64,000 nucleotides of DNA from the human T2T-CHM13v2.0 reference genome, Homo sapiens. The notes under the pieces were generated by a model that saw only the letters and a list, made by a program, of their open reading frames with translations, did not search any database and was not told the origin of the DNA. How positions within the stretch are numbered: position 1 is the first letter of the stretch; each line of letters starts with the position of its first letter. A program made the position numbers and the translations under genes. The stretch lies in the NCBI RefSeq assembly GCF_009914755.1, contig NC_060933.1. One strand, given 5' to 3'. Shown here in pieces: positions 47,772-61,634 of this stretch.

Positions 47772-47814
47772 TAAAATGATTTTTTTATTTTTAATTAAAA
47801 AAAAACCCTTCAGC

Positions 47815-48385
47815 TGCAAGTGAAAGAAACTCAACTCAAATTAGCTTAAGAAATGTTTTGATTCATGTAATCTGGGAAGTCTAGGATGAATTTTGCTTCA
47901 GAGTCAACTGAATCGAGGCTTCAAATGATACCTTCAGGGCTGTCTTTCTCTTTCCACTTCTCAGTTCTGTGTGCCTCTGCTTACCTTCATATTCATGTTC
48001 ATATTCTCCCTCTCTCTATTGCTTTCACTCTTGCTCTCTCCCCATCCTCTCTCTCTCAACATAGCAATCAGTAACCCCAGACTCCCATTCCCTCAATTAT
48101 CAAACCCACCAGAAATAACTATTTCTCCCAACTCCTTGTATTAGCCCCAGGGAAGATTCTGGCTGGCCCCGGCTGACTCAGGTTCCATCCAAGAAGCAGT
48201 CAGTATCTCTAGTGATTGCAGTGCTTTGATTGATCAGCCTGCATTAAGTACACACCCTGTGGGAGTGCAGGGTGGGGTGGGGGCCCGCATGGCATCATTA
48301 TTGACAGGTCAACGGGACCATGTAGATTTTCCCTAAGGAACCAGAAGAACTGGGTAGGGAAAAAAAATAAAACTACCACAGTCCA
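47815..48385 (-). mobile_element. Old MLT1 (K-like) LTR
   Basis: tgcaagtgaaagaaactcaactcaaattagcttaag typical of the antisense MLT1J/K 3' end. Confidence 0.65.
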
Positions 48386-48893
48386 CTAGAGTACAAAGAA
48401 AGTTCAGTCTGGCCCCAGATACTAGTCCACAATAAGTGCTGTGCAGCAATGCTTTTCTGAGTTTTTTGGGGAAAAGACAGTAAAAAGAAATCTGTGTACA
48501 GGCAACACAATTTATATGTTTTTATAATTTTATATGATGCTGGGAAATTTATAAAGAAAAGAGGTTCATTTCACAATACTTGTGAAAGTAACAGAAAAGC
48601 ATTCTCAGGTATGCAAAGGCCCCAAAATTACCTTTCCTGGAAAAAAAAAATTACTCGAAGAAGAACTCCAAATAAATAAGAGATGGTAAAAATAGACAAC
48701 TAGTGAACAATAATTGTGGGTATAAACCCAGCAAAATATAACCAAAACCTCACTTGTTTCTCACTCTTAAACATTTTCAGTTTAGAGAAAGTAGATCCAG
48801 AATAAGGCCAAAGAACAAGCATAGAACAAGGAAGACAGAGAGCAGGATGAATAGTTCATGGCAAACAGTAAGCTATTAGGATATAAGATTTAA

Positions 48894-49015
48894 GGACGTG
48901 ATGGCTCATGCTTGTAGTCCCAGCGACTCTGGAGGCTGCAGCAGGAGGATCACAAGATCCCAGGTGTTCCTGGGCAACATAGCAAGAATGAATCTCTAAA
49001 AATAAAATAAAATAA
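48894..49015 (+). mobile_element. FLAM
   Basis: Single degenerate arm; TSD ataagatttaag on both sides. Confidence 0.85.
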
Positions 49016-49029
49016 ATAAGATTTAAGAG

Positions 49030-49600
49030 ATTGCTACTTTTGGTATGATGATGAAGCTAAGGTATAACCCTGAAAGTGGGTGGTTGAGAGTCATTCAAGT
49101 TTAAAATGTCAAGGAACTGTGAGGATAGGGTCTTGGGATATTGTCCCATGAATATGGTATTTGCTCAGATGATACAAGGAGTCTGGATGGAGAGAAGACT
49201 GAGCCAAGTACCAGAGTAGTCCATGAATATGGTCATAGGACTCACAGTCATGGATGACATGCATGATCTGAACTTAGAAAACGGTTTACCTGGATAAAAT
49301 GAATTTCACAAGAAGGTCATTTTCCCATGCAACTGGAAGAGCAATGGGTTGTGAATGCAATGGAATCAGGGAGGATGTTGGTCTGAGTAGTAGCTGAGAC
49401 TGCGGTGAAGGAGCAGCCTCTTGAGAAGGCTACAGAGGAAGGGGTCGCTGCTCGAATGAGAGCATCATTTCAGTTAAGGCAGGAGGTGGAAGGATCGTTC
49501 AGAAAAGACATAAAAGATAACAGAGTTTGTTTAGCATGGAGTGCCAAAGAGCACAGAGGAATCACTTGGAAAGGGGAGAGTAGTGTGGATTTGCGTCAAG
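49030..49600 (-). mobile_element. L2 internal fragment
   Basis: Purine-rich degenerate sequence resembling antisense L2 ORF. Confidence 0.45.
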
Positions 49601-50269
49601 GAAGAGGACTATAGCATAATACAAGAATGCAAGCAAGTATGGGAATGATTAGGTGACAAGAAGGGCTTGCATTTGAGGGTAGCCAGGGTTGGAAAGGATG
49701 AAAAGCTGGTAGGATTAGAACTCTGCTATCAGTGTGTTGTTGGGCAGGCTGACAATAAAGAGCTTGCTGAGGTCAGCAGGTTTGTCTCCCATTCCTTCCC
49801 CCAGCTGTTACCTGCAGTAAAAGATTACTAGCCTAGGACAGAGCATGCCCATTAGAGCTGGCAGTAGCAATACAGAGCTCTCTTGTTTTCATGTCCTAAT
49901 CCAAAGGTCATTATTCAGCCTTAGAATAGGGAGCCAGTCCTGTTCTCAATCTTGATGTTTTTCCTCACTCCTGCCAATCATATTTTTCATTTTTCAAGAG
50001 GAAGCCTTTTGAGAGGTTGTGTTGATCCCTTGTATTCTCCCATAGTGACCAGCAAACAACCACCAGGCTCTGGCTCCAGCTTCACCACACAGCCCCAGTT
50101 CTCAAAACACTGAGAGTTTCCTGTGCCAGGGGTTTCACGTTCCTGTACAAAGTAATTTTCATTCATAGAGCTCATTCAGAGTTGATATATCTCACACAGT
50201 CTACTTTATTTTGCTGAAAGGACTCTCATACTGCATTTTATTTTTTTAAACACTAAAACTTTATCAGAT

Positions 50270-50940
50270 AAAATATTTCATTGAGAAAGCACAATTTCAA
50301 AGTAGACAATTTTCTGTACTGTTATGTACTATTTAGAAAATCCAAAGGATTGTAAACACCATACACATATCATTAAACTTGGAAAACCAAGAATGTCAAA
50401 AAGATTGTTCAGCACAACACTCAAGTGTTGGCAAGGATGTGGAGAAATTACAACTGTCATACACTGCTGGTAGGAATGTAAAGAGATACAGTCACTTTAG
50501 AAACAGTTTGGTAGTTTCTTAACACAGAATTACCATATGACCCAGCAGTTCCACTCCTAGGCATATACACAAGAGAAACTTGTACACAAATGTTCATAGC
50601 AACATTATTCATAATAGGCAAAAACAGAAACAACCCTAATGTCCGTCAACTGATGCTAGATAAATAAAATGTGATCAATCCATATAGTGGAATATTATTT
50701 GGCAATAAAAAGTAATGAAGTACTGATACCTGCTACAAGGTGAATGAACTTTGAAAACATTATGAAGTGAAAGAAACCAGACACAAAAGACCACTTATCA
50801 TGTGATTCTCTTTATATCAAATGTCCAGACATTAAAAAAAATCTATAGGCAAATCTCCAGAATAACAAATGCATCTATTGTACACTTTAAATGGGTGAAT
50901 TTTAGGAAATATTAATTATATCTCAAAAAAAATTTTAAGT
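50270..50940 (+). mobile_element. L1MB/ME 3' region
   Basis: tgttggcaaggatgtggagaaa...accatatgacccagcagttccactcctagg...tacactttaaatgggtgaattt. Confidence 0.88.
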
Positions 50941-50995
50941 ATCAGAAATGAATTCTATAAGTATTGTATCATAGGTCTAGCATATGGTAGAAATC

Positions 50996-51438
50996 TGTTT
51001 TAGTTAGTTTGTGTTGCTATAAAAGGAATACCTGAGGCTGGGACATTTATAAAGAAAAGAGGTTTATTTGGCTCATAGCTCCACAGGCTGTGCAAGAAGC
51101 ACAGCGCTGACGTCTGCATCTGGTGAGGGCCTCAGGCTGCTTCCATTCACAGCAGAAGGGGAAGGGGAGCTGGTGTGCAGAGATCACCTGCTGAGAGAGG
51201 AGGCAAGAGCGAGGAGGAAGATGCCAAGCTCTTTCTAACAACCAGCTTCTAAGGGAACTTTCTCCGGACCTAATAGAGCAAGAACTCATTTATTACCTTG
51301 AGGAGGGCACTGAGTCATTCATGAGAGATCCACCCCCACGACCCAAACACCTCCCACCAGGGCCTGCCTCCAACATTAGGAATCAAATTTCAACGTAAGA
51401 CTTCATGGGGCCAAGCAAACCATATCCAAATCATAGCA
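50996..51438 (-). mobile_element. MSTB-like solo LTR, inserted in an L2 3' end
   Basis: tgtgttgctataaaaggaatacctgaggctggg...catatccaaatcatagca. Confidence 0.92.
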
Positions 51439-52056
51439 GCAACCAATAAATGTTTCCCGAATGAAAAAATGAAGGAATTAATGGATTTATATTGGCAAGA
51501 GTTACAAACTATGCCTTAGTAAACTTCAGTGAAACATCATTATTTTTACTATGAATTTGAAACGGATGACAACTGAGGCAGACACAAAGTTGATTTTTGC
51601 ATAAGCAATATCAATACCTCTGGATGTACCAAACAATTCAGACAAAAAAGCCCTTGGAATGTTTATTTTGTGTTCAACCATCTCGGCCACCAGTAAATAA
51701 TATTCCCCTATAGAGATACCTAGCATGACAATGTGAAAAATTAGTGAAAATCACTGACTTCTATCTTCAGAATTCGTTAAAATCACTTCACATTTACTAT
51801 TCAGATCTATGCACCTCTCATTATTCCTAGTTCATCAACCTCTATTGATCTCAAAGCTGGGCTCAAAGCCAGGCTTTAAGCTTCTAAATCTAGCCTCATG
51901 CCTGCTTTTTGTTTTTATGACCAATCTTGGACATGCATCTTGGTCTCAAATAAAGCACTGTCCCTCAGAGTTTAGCCTCTGGCCTCATACACAACAGCTA
52001 TGAAAAAGAGATATTACACCCCACACTAGTCTCCCCTACAGGACAGTGTGATCAAG

Positions 52057-52216
52057 CATTATTCCAGAAAGCAACTCCCTCCCAAGGCTTTAACCTCATT
52101 ATTCCAGAAAGCAACCCCCTCCCAAGGCTTTAACCTCATTATTCCAGAAAGCAACTCCTTCCCAAGGCTTTAACCTCATTATTCCAGAAAGCAACTCCCT
52201 CCCAAGGTTTCAACCT
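52057..52216. repeat. 40-bp minisatellite x4 (cattattccagaaagcaactccctcccaaggctttaacct)
   Basis: Four head-to-tail units starting at 52057, 52097, 52137 and 52177, with 0-2 differences each. Confidence 0.98.
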
Positions 52217-52696
52217 ATCACTGTGCATGAAGATAGCAGGTGAGGTAGCACCTTCAAATTCCTACATGCAAGGATTAGACAAATCGAAGACAGAGGAAGT
52301 GCAATATTTCAGAAACCCTGTAGATCTAAACTCATCATAGAAATTATACCCCAAGAATAAAAAGAAAATTTATCAGTTCTTCTCCAACTTAACATTGATG
52401 ACAGTCATCTATCCCATCTGCCTATTCCATGAATGTCAACATACAAGCAACTAGAATCAGAAGCTCAATTCTTGAAGAAGGCTATCCTATACTTAATGCT
52501 AGCTACCTACCTACATAATATTGGACGTGAAATGCTTTCATGAACTACTGCTTCTAGGGAGATGTTTAATAGAGTTATGCTGGAAGTATCACTGTGTTGT
52601 AGAATCAGATGATTAATTTACTTTTGGCATCCAAAAAGGGGGTGAATTGCTACCAAAAGAAACAGCATAAAAATCTTCCCCCTTTTAACCCTAGAG

Positions 52697-53201
<505 letters not shown>

Positions 53202-53549
53202 CCATAGAGTATTGGAGAACAAAGAACCAGAAGAGAGAATTAAAAACAAGATGGGGCAGTCTGGTAATGGAATCTTAGACCCAACAAACAGGCTGGTGAC
53301 TACCCCAGTGTTAACATCAAGCATATGGTGAACATGTTACTGGACAAATTGTAGTGCATCAAAATTCTATACTGAAAGTGAACTTAGAGCATTTGTAGAT
53401 ACAAAGACTAAGAACTGTGTACAAATCCTGATAAGGCCACAATGTGAAATAAGCAAGGGACATTCTAATGCAAACATGGAGAAACGCAGGGAAAGCAAAG
53501 CCAGGCTGGATAAGAACCAAAACTATTTGACTTTTCAGAGTTATCATCA

Positions 53550-53828
<279 letters not shown>

Positions 53829-55409
53829 ATTTGTCTTCAAATACTGAGGAGGAACTTGAACTGGTATCAGAATCCCACATAATAATATTTTATTCTGCAG
53901 GATCTGGATTTTATGAAAAAATAATATTTTACACATATTTATGTGTGGATGTGTTTGATTAGAAACATTAGTTCTTATTTCAGAGTATGGATTCTGAAGT
54001 TTTGTAGTCATCCTCCAAAAGTCCCATAAAAATTATTATATATAAGTAGTTGGACTCTGCTTGACTCTTTGAACCAAGACTTGATGCTCAAATGGACAAA
54101 ACAAATAAGAACTCTATTTTAATAAAGTTTTACTCTGTCTATGGCACTCTGTTAAATTACACTCACTGAAGGCATCTTGCAAGATCCCTTCAAGTCTTGC
54201 TCTAGCAAATGCAGGCTGCAGACTTTAAGCCTTGAGATCATCAAGTCCTTGGTTTCTCTGCTTTTTAAAATGCTTTCAAAGTTCTTTGGTACGATTTCAG
54301 TAATATCAAGATAAAATACTAGTTTTATCTAAAATGGCTGGGAAAGCTCATCTTAAGTAAAGAGACTTCATAACCTCTTTTCCATAATTCCTAAAACATG
54401 GCTTGAGGTTGCTCAGTGAAACAAGACTTTTGTTTTAATATTTTACAGCCAAGAGGTATTAGAAAATTGAGAAGATTCTGAGTACAGTCATTTTATTTTA
54501 AAATGCTTTGGGGTTCAGAGAGAGAACAAGACCAAGTTGGCACTCTTCAAGGCAAAAGAAACCTTTTGCTTCCAAAAGAGGGGTGAGTCCAGTAAGAAAA
54601 GACAATGCTTCTCTTGTACTAAAACCTGCCACAGAGGAAGCACACTCGGGGGTCACTTCTCACACTTTCCTGCCCGATCAACTTTCAAAGGAGAGACAGA
54701 AAACAGAGGGGTTGCAGAAATTGTACACCATAGTGTGCTGGAAGACCTCATCCATCGGATAGCAGCGCGCACATTCCTGACTGTGTCATTAAGACACTAG
54801 ACTTTCTGCTATTTTTGCCGTAGCTTCCCCCAATCTACTGTTTGCCCCACCTGTGTTTAGTTATGACTTTTTAAAAATTAACTTTTAACATCTTGTAATA
54901 TTTCCCTAGTAACAAACATGTTCCTTTGTTCCTTTCAGATATCTTTATTTTTTTCTGAGCTTAGAAAGTCATCTATACTTCAGAGTTTTAATACATATTC
55001 ACTATGTTTTCTTGTGTGGTTGATTTATACTCAGTAGATTTATTTATTATTATTACTAATATTCATCTTACTTTTGGTAGGCATGAATCTAATTTTTTAA
55101 GTTACCAACTATTAATAAATGCCATATTTTAAATATTTTTATTACAAAAGAACTACTCATAAACATTGAAACCATACAGTTTATGAAGAAAATATTACTA
55201 ATATCTCTCCACTGTTCTTCTGTTCCCATTATCTTGAAGCAAACACTATCACCCACAAAGTATGTATTTTTCCACATCTGTATGAGTTACAAATATGTAC
55301 ATATGTGTGTGTATACATATATAGGTTTTTCTAATAAAAATAGTGTTTTGTATGCTCAAATTTGCCCAAGAAAATGCCCCAAAACTCACTATAACAAGAT
55401 CTAACTAAC

Positions 55410-55680
55410 TGTTTCCTCTTGTTGTCACTTGTTCAACCCTTAATCTCATTAAGATTAACACTTACCTCCCCACTGTCAAATCCAATGGCCACTTTTCAGT
55501 CTTTACCTCATTTTAGCATCTCACATGTAGCACCTTACAACCCAAGCCCAGCCTTCTTTTCCTAAGTCATTTAACTCTCTTGCCACACTACCTCTTCTCA
55601 TTCTCATTATTTCCCCACTTTCTCTTTGATTCTCCTTCTTCATCACTTTATACTCTCACTGACATACCTGATCATTGCCC
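55410..55680 (+). mobile_element. L2 fragment
   Basis: tgtcaaatccaatggccacttttcagtctttacctca. Confidence 0.7.
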
Positions 55681-55922
55681 ACGATACTCAAGATGAGGAA
55701 AAAGAATAAAATATGATGTTTCTGACCTACTTTTTAGAAGGTGAGGAACATGAAAGGCATTTCATTGTCTTGGATCTTAAGGTAGTTATGTAAGCGATAC
55801 CACTAGCTGTTTTAGAATAGTACTGTGGACTAAAATGCCAAGTCCAAATGAGAAACAGTTCAAATATCATGTGTGTGAAAGGAAGCTCCAAATAGCTCAA
55901 AACATCAGTGGATAATTTATGC

Positions 55923-56172
55923 TTTTTTTTTTTACTTTTATTTTAAGTTCAGGGGTACATGTACAGATTTGTTACATAGGTAAACCTGTGTCATGGCGAC
56001 TTGTTGTACAAATTATTTCATCACCCAGGTATTAAGCCTGGTACCCACTGGTTATTTTTCCTGGTCCTCTTCCTCCTCCCACCCAATACCCTCCAAAAGG
56101 CCCCAGTGTGTGCTGTTCCCCTGTATGTGTCCATGTATTATCATCATTTAGCTCCAACTTATAAGTGAGAAC
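55923..56172 (-). mobile_element. L1PA (PA13-16-like) 3' end
   Basis: cttttattttaagttcaggggtacatgt...tttagctccaacttataagtgagaac. Confidence 0.92.
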
Positions 56173-56337
56173 CCACGCAAGAACTAATGACAAGTTGCCT
56201 CACAGCTACTTTGTCTTCACTGAATTCAATAATCATTTGGTGAAGGTCTATTATGTCCTGAATTCTCACCAGAAGGCTAGAAAACGAGGGGGTCAAATGT
56301 GACTTGCACCTTGAGGGATAAGAAGGGCATTGCTGAA

Positions 56338-58620
56338 TATATTAGTCTGTTTTCATGCTGCTGATGAAGACATACCTGAGACTGTGTAATTTATAATGAA
56401 AAAGAGAAAAAGACTCACAGTTCCATGTGGCTGGAGAGGCCTCACAATCATGGAAGAAGGCTAAAGACATGTCTTACATGGCAGCAGACAAGACAGAATG
56501 AGAGAGAGGCAAAAGCAGAAACCCCTTATAAAATCATCAGATCTCATGAGACTTATTCACTGCCACAAGAACAGTATGGGGGAAGCTGCCCCCATGATTC
56601 AATATCTCCCACCAGGTCCCTACCACAACATGTGAGAATTATGGGAGCTACAATTAAAGATGGAATTTAGGTGGGAATACAGAGCCAGACCATATCATTC
56701 TGCCCCTGGTCCCTCCCAAATCTCATGTCCTCACGTTTCAAAACCAATCATGCCTTCCCAGCACTCCCCCAAAGTCTTAACTCATTTCAGCATTAACTCA
56801 AAAGACCACAGTCCAAAGTGTCATCAGAGACAAGGCAAGTCCCCTCTGCCTATGAGCCTGTAAAATCAAAAGCAAGTTAGTTACTTCCTAGATACAATGG
56901 AGGTACAGGCATTGGATAAATACACCCATTGCAAAAGAAAGAAATTGGTCAAAATGAACTAAAATCCCCATGCAAGTCTGAAATTCAGCAGGGCAGTCAA
57001 ATCTTAAAGCTCCAAAATGACCTCCTTAGACTCCATGTCTCATATCCACAGCATGCTGATGCAACACGGGTTCCCATGGTCTTGGGCAGCTCCACCCCTG
57101 TGGCTTTGCAGGGTACAGCCTCCCTCCCAGATGCTTTCATGGGCTGGCATTGAGTGTCTGCAGCTTTTGCAGGTGCATGGTGCAAGCTGTCACTGGATCT
57201 ACCATTCTGAGATCTGGAAGATGATGGCCCTCTTCTCACAGCTCCACTAGACAGCACCCCAGTGGGGACTTTGTGTGGGGGCTTCAACCCCACATTTCCT
57301 TTCTGAACTTCCCTAGCAGAGGTTCTCCATAAGGGCTCCACCCCTGCAGCAAACTTGCACCTGGACAGCCAGGTGTTTCCATACATCCTCTGAAACCTAG
57401 GCGGAGGTTCCCAAACCTCAATTCGTGACTCTGTGCACCCACAGGCTCAACATCTTGTGAAAGCTGCCAAGGCCTGGGGCTTGAATTCTCTGAAGCCGCA
57501 GCCCAACCTGTACCTTGGCCTCTTTTAGCCAAGGCTGGAGTGGCTGGGATGCAGGGCACCAAATCCCTAGGCTGCACACAGCAGGGGGGGCCCTAGGCCC
57601 AGCCCACGAAACCGTTTATTCCTCCTAGGCCTCTAGGCCTGTGATGGGAGGGGCTGCCACAAAGGTCTCTGACATGCCCTGGAGACATTTTCCGCATTGT
57701 CTTGGGGATTAACATTTGGCTTCTCCCATGCAAATTTCTGCAGCTGGCTTGAATTTCTCCTCAGAAAATGGGTTTTTCTTTTCTATCTCATCTTCAAGCT
57801 GTGAATTTCCAAACTTTTATGTGCTCTGTTTCCCTTTTAAAACTGAATGCTTTTAATAGTGCCCAAGTCACATCTCGAATGCTTTGCTGCTTAGAAATTT
57901 CTTCTGCCAGATACCCTAAATCATCTCCCTCAAGTTTGAAGCCCCTCTAGGGCAGGGGTAAAATGCTGCCAGTCTTTTTGCTGAAACATAGCAAGAGTCA
58001 CCTTTACTCCAGTTCCCAAAAAGTTCCTCATCTCCATCTGAGACCACCTCAGCATGGATTTCATTGTCCATATCATTATCAGCATTTTGGTCAAAGCCAT
58101 TCAACAAGTCTCTAGGAAATTAACTTTCCCACATTTTCCTGTCGTCTTCTGAGCCCTCCAAACTGTTTCAACCTCTGCCTGTTACCCAGTTCCAAAATTG
58201 CATCCACATTTTTGGGTATCTTTACAGCAGCACCCCACTCTACCAGTACCAATTTGCTGTACTAGTCCATTTTCATGCTGCTGATAAAGACATACCCAAG
58301 ACTGGGTAATTTATAAAGAAAAAGAGGTTTAATGGATTCACAGTTCCACATGGCTGGGGAGGCCTCACAATCATGAAAGAAGGCAAAAGCATGACTTACA
58401 TGGCAACAGACAAGAGAAAATGAGAGAGAAACAATAATGGAAACCCCTTATAAAACCATCGGATCTCATGAGACTTATTCACTACCATGAGAAAAGTATG
58501 GAGGAAGCCACCCCCATGATTCAATTATCTCCCACTGGGCCCCTCCCACAACACGTGAGAATTATGAGAGTTACAATTCAAGATGGGATTTGGGTGGGGA
58601 CACAGAGCCAAACCATATCA
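56338..58620 (-). mobile_element. Full-length THE1 (B/C-like) MaLR: 3' LTR 56338-56697, internal 56698-58257, 5' LTR 58258-58620
   Basis: Two direct ~360-bp LTRs; purine tract aggggcagaa (minus) next to the 3' LTR; minus ORFs 56997-57386, 57284-57577 and 57916-58107 are pieces of the THE1 internal ORF. Confidence 0.96.
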
Positions 58621-58659
58621 CCAGGTGAGTGCATTGGGAGAATGTCTCAGTTATCATAC

Positions 58660-59270
58660 AAATGAAGGAGACCCCAGATTTGTATTTCCACTGTGATCTC
58701 TCTGTTACCAATGGCCAGCTGGGCATCTGCACTGGATGTCTCATGTTTTCAATTCTAGGTTTGCCCCACGAAACTTTCTCTAATCTGTCATGCCTATCCC
58801 AGTTGATAGTCCCTCCAAACAAGCTGTTGCAACAGCCAGAAACCTTCAAGTATCTTTGTCACTTAAACTTTCTAACCTTTTGTACCAAGTACCATTGACT
58901 TGGCCACTAACATTTGTCCTCTCTTAAGTATTCCACAGCCAGAGTCTTAGTTTGAGACCATCTCATGTTATTATCTGAATGATTGCAGATCAGCCTGTTG
59001 CCAGTCTCTTCTATCTCCAAACCATCCTCTATGACACTACACAAATGAATTTTCTAAAATGGCAAATCTCCTTGTGTTAGCCCTCTCATCAGGCCATTCA
59101 CTGAGTCCTCTTTCCTATAGGACATACGTGAACTCCTCGTCAGATAATACAGTCTGGTTTCAATGAGCTCTTTAGACTAATCTCCAGTCACTTCTCTTGT
59201 GCAAACTGTATTCTAACAACACAAGCTGCACCCAGCTTGTCGAACAAGTCATTATGTTCTCAATCCACTT
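58660..59270 (+). mobile_element. L2 fragment
   Basis: gctgggcatctgcactggatgtctca...accatctcatg...aattttctaaaatggcaaatct. Confidence 0.7.
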
Positions 59271-59329
59271 TCTTTGTCTTTTCTCCCCACTCAAAAAAAA
59301 AAAAAAAAAAAAACAGAAAACAGGAATAC

Positions 59330-59440
59330 TTAAAATTTATTGAGTATAAGCTATGTGTCTTGCCTTTGTTACCCTTTTAATCTTCATAAAATCCCTGTAA
59401 GGTAAGCACTATCACTATTTTTTACAGATGAGGAAACTTG
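59330..59440 (-). mobile_element. MIR fragment
   Basis: atttattgagta...ttttacagatgaggaaact. Confidence 0.75.
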
Positions 59441-60963
59441 CTTCTCAAAGACATTCTTCCAATTTACTCACCCAGTAAAGCCCTTCTTATCCCTCAAGGT
59501 ACAACTCACATTTTATCATCTAGTTCTATAGCATTCCAGTTAGAATTCAAAACATAATAGACATTCAACAAATGATTATTAAATTTAATAAAGACAAAGT
59601 AGCTGTAAAGCAACTTGACATTTGTTCTTGCATGAAATTAAGAGTGAATTTATCCACTGAAGTTTTGAGCAATGTAGAGTTTTCTCCCCTACACGTGATA
59701 TTTGAAGAGTTTCTTATTTGGACTTGGCATTTGTGTCCACAGTACTATTCTAAAACAGCTAGTCATATTGCTTACATAACTACCTCAAGATCCAGAGACA
59801 ATGGAATACTTTTTATGATCACCACCTTCTGAGAAGTAGGTCAGAAACACCATATTTTACAGTTTTTCCTCGAGTATAAAGATAACCATTACTTCCCATT
59901 GCCCCAAAATGTCCCTTGTGAAGAGGAAGAGCATGGCTAAACTGGCTTGTACTCCCAGCGTTACAGAAGCATGAGACTGGCTCTACCTTTTACCATTGCA
60001 TACTTAAGCTTGGGCAAAGAAGACTCCTGGCCTTCTCTAGCCATCTTCCTTCTCACAAATCAAGACCTTTCTGGAGCCAAGGGTATATGCTCACCCTCAA
60101 CCTGCTTCTCTCCCTCTAGACCAGGCTTCTTGTACCTGGACCCCAAAATTCTCTGCCAAAGTGTCCCTGAGCTCACTTCTAGAGCCAGAGAATGCCTCTT
60201 CCCTAGGCCCTGTCTCTTGAGAACAGAACACACCAATGACAAGAACATCCTTAGGCCCAGGGAATGGCCAATAGAGAGCCATTTGTGGGGATGCGAATGG
60301 GGATTGTAAATATGGGATAGAGTTTCCACACACATGCATGTGAGACCTCTCATTGTATAAGACAGACCTAGAGTGAGAAGAGAAGGCAGAGCCAGAATAT
60401 GAACTGCAAGACAGGTTCTCCCTGCTGCTATGTTCAGAAGCAAAACTTGCAGAAGTCCAAGACCCCTGACCTTCCAAGTCATTATGAAGATATATTAGTC
60501 AAGGTAGGTGGATAGAAGGTATTTTATTAGCTTGAAGTATCACTTGTGAATATTTAGACAGCATAGCATGTGGGCACTCACTTGTAGCCTTGCACTGGGC
60601 TCCACCAATTTTAGAAGTGGGCCTGAACTTACACCTACAGAGAACTGTACTGGTAGAGCAGGTCTTTGGTGCACCCAACAGAGAAAGCAAGGAGAGGCAA
60701 TATCAGGAGTCAGGCAGGCAAAGGGGGAAGAGTAGTGAGAGTTTCTGCACACACATGGCATATCCAGGAATTAGCTCTTAGATAAAACAGATGAGAAAAA
60801 TAAATTCTGAGCGTAGAGCTAAGTTTTGAGCCTTAACTAGAGATGGCATGAGGAAGCAGCCATGCAGAGTCCTAAGAAAGAAGTCTGGGCCAGCATCCAG
60901 GAGAACACGCCAAGCAGGAAGAAATAGACAGGAAGCCAATTCCACACCAGGCATCATTTTCGG

Positions 60964-61025
60964 ACTCTGGGAGTGCCACTCATGATGCTTACAATGTGAA
61001 TGGTGCCCTGGGGTTAGTACAATGC
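60964..61025. mobile_element. MER91C-like palindromic hAT MITE remnant
   Basis: gggagtgccactca...tgtgaatggtgccctggggtt is an imperfect inverted repeat resembling the MER91C core. Confidence 0.5.
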
Positions 61026-61599
61026 TGCAGCAAGGCAGCAAGGCTAGCAACAATAATTCCATGTTTCTACAAATATAGGATGACCCTGCAAGTGACAGCA
61101 ATGTCAGCTATTCCTCTTGTGCTTGTGTCACCTGAATATCAATGAACAGGGTCTGCAGTGTAAGATTCTAGCGATGGAAGTCTCCAGAGGTGGTGGGAGC
61201 TGTTGACTGGGCCCATGCTGAAATAACATTGCATCAACCACTTGTAAATGCCAAATTCCACAATGGTAGGAAGGCCAACTGAGTAAAAGCTGACTGGGTA
61301 TTCTGTCTAGCCTGTTACATGTCCCAAGAGAAATGAAGCAGGGGACATCCTTTCTAAGTCATGCTCAAAATCAAGAAACACAGATAAGTCAATGCCCAGT
61401 TCTGTCTAAAGACAGAAAATTTTCCAGTCAGAATATATATGCTAACAAAAAAATCCTTGGACAATCTCTCAGGAATTCCAATGTATCACAGAATGTATGT
61501 TAGTGAAGCTAAGTGTAGTCAAAGGATTGATTCTGGAATCACAAATCCAGGTTCCTGATAGTAAGCAACAGAAACTAACAAAAGCTAGTGTAAGCAAAA

Positions 61600-61632
<33 letters not shown>
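61600..61632. repeat. (ATG)n trinucleotide repeat inside an old MLT1-like remnant
   Basis: About 11 units, seen directly. Confidence 0.95.

Positions 61633-61634
<2 letters not shown>

Noticed and set aside
51526-51726. 66-aa minus-strand ORF with protein-like composition
   Set aside because: No recognisable homology, splice context or promoter.
52057-52216. CRISPR-like array
   Set aside because: The units are head-to-tail with no unique spacers, and the context is primate DNA; it is a minisatellite.
54537-54800. 87-aa ORF in unique DNA
   Set aside because: Non-ATG start, no recognisable domain, and a length expected by chance.
56333-58625. THE1 as a recombinant of two elements because the flanks differ (ctgaa vs ccagg)
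   Set aside because: ctg/cca fits decay of one CpG on opposite strands, and the two LTRs share features such as gtgagaattatg, so TSD erosion is the simpler explanation.
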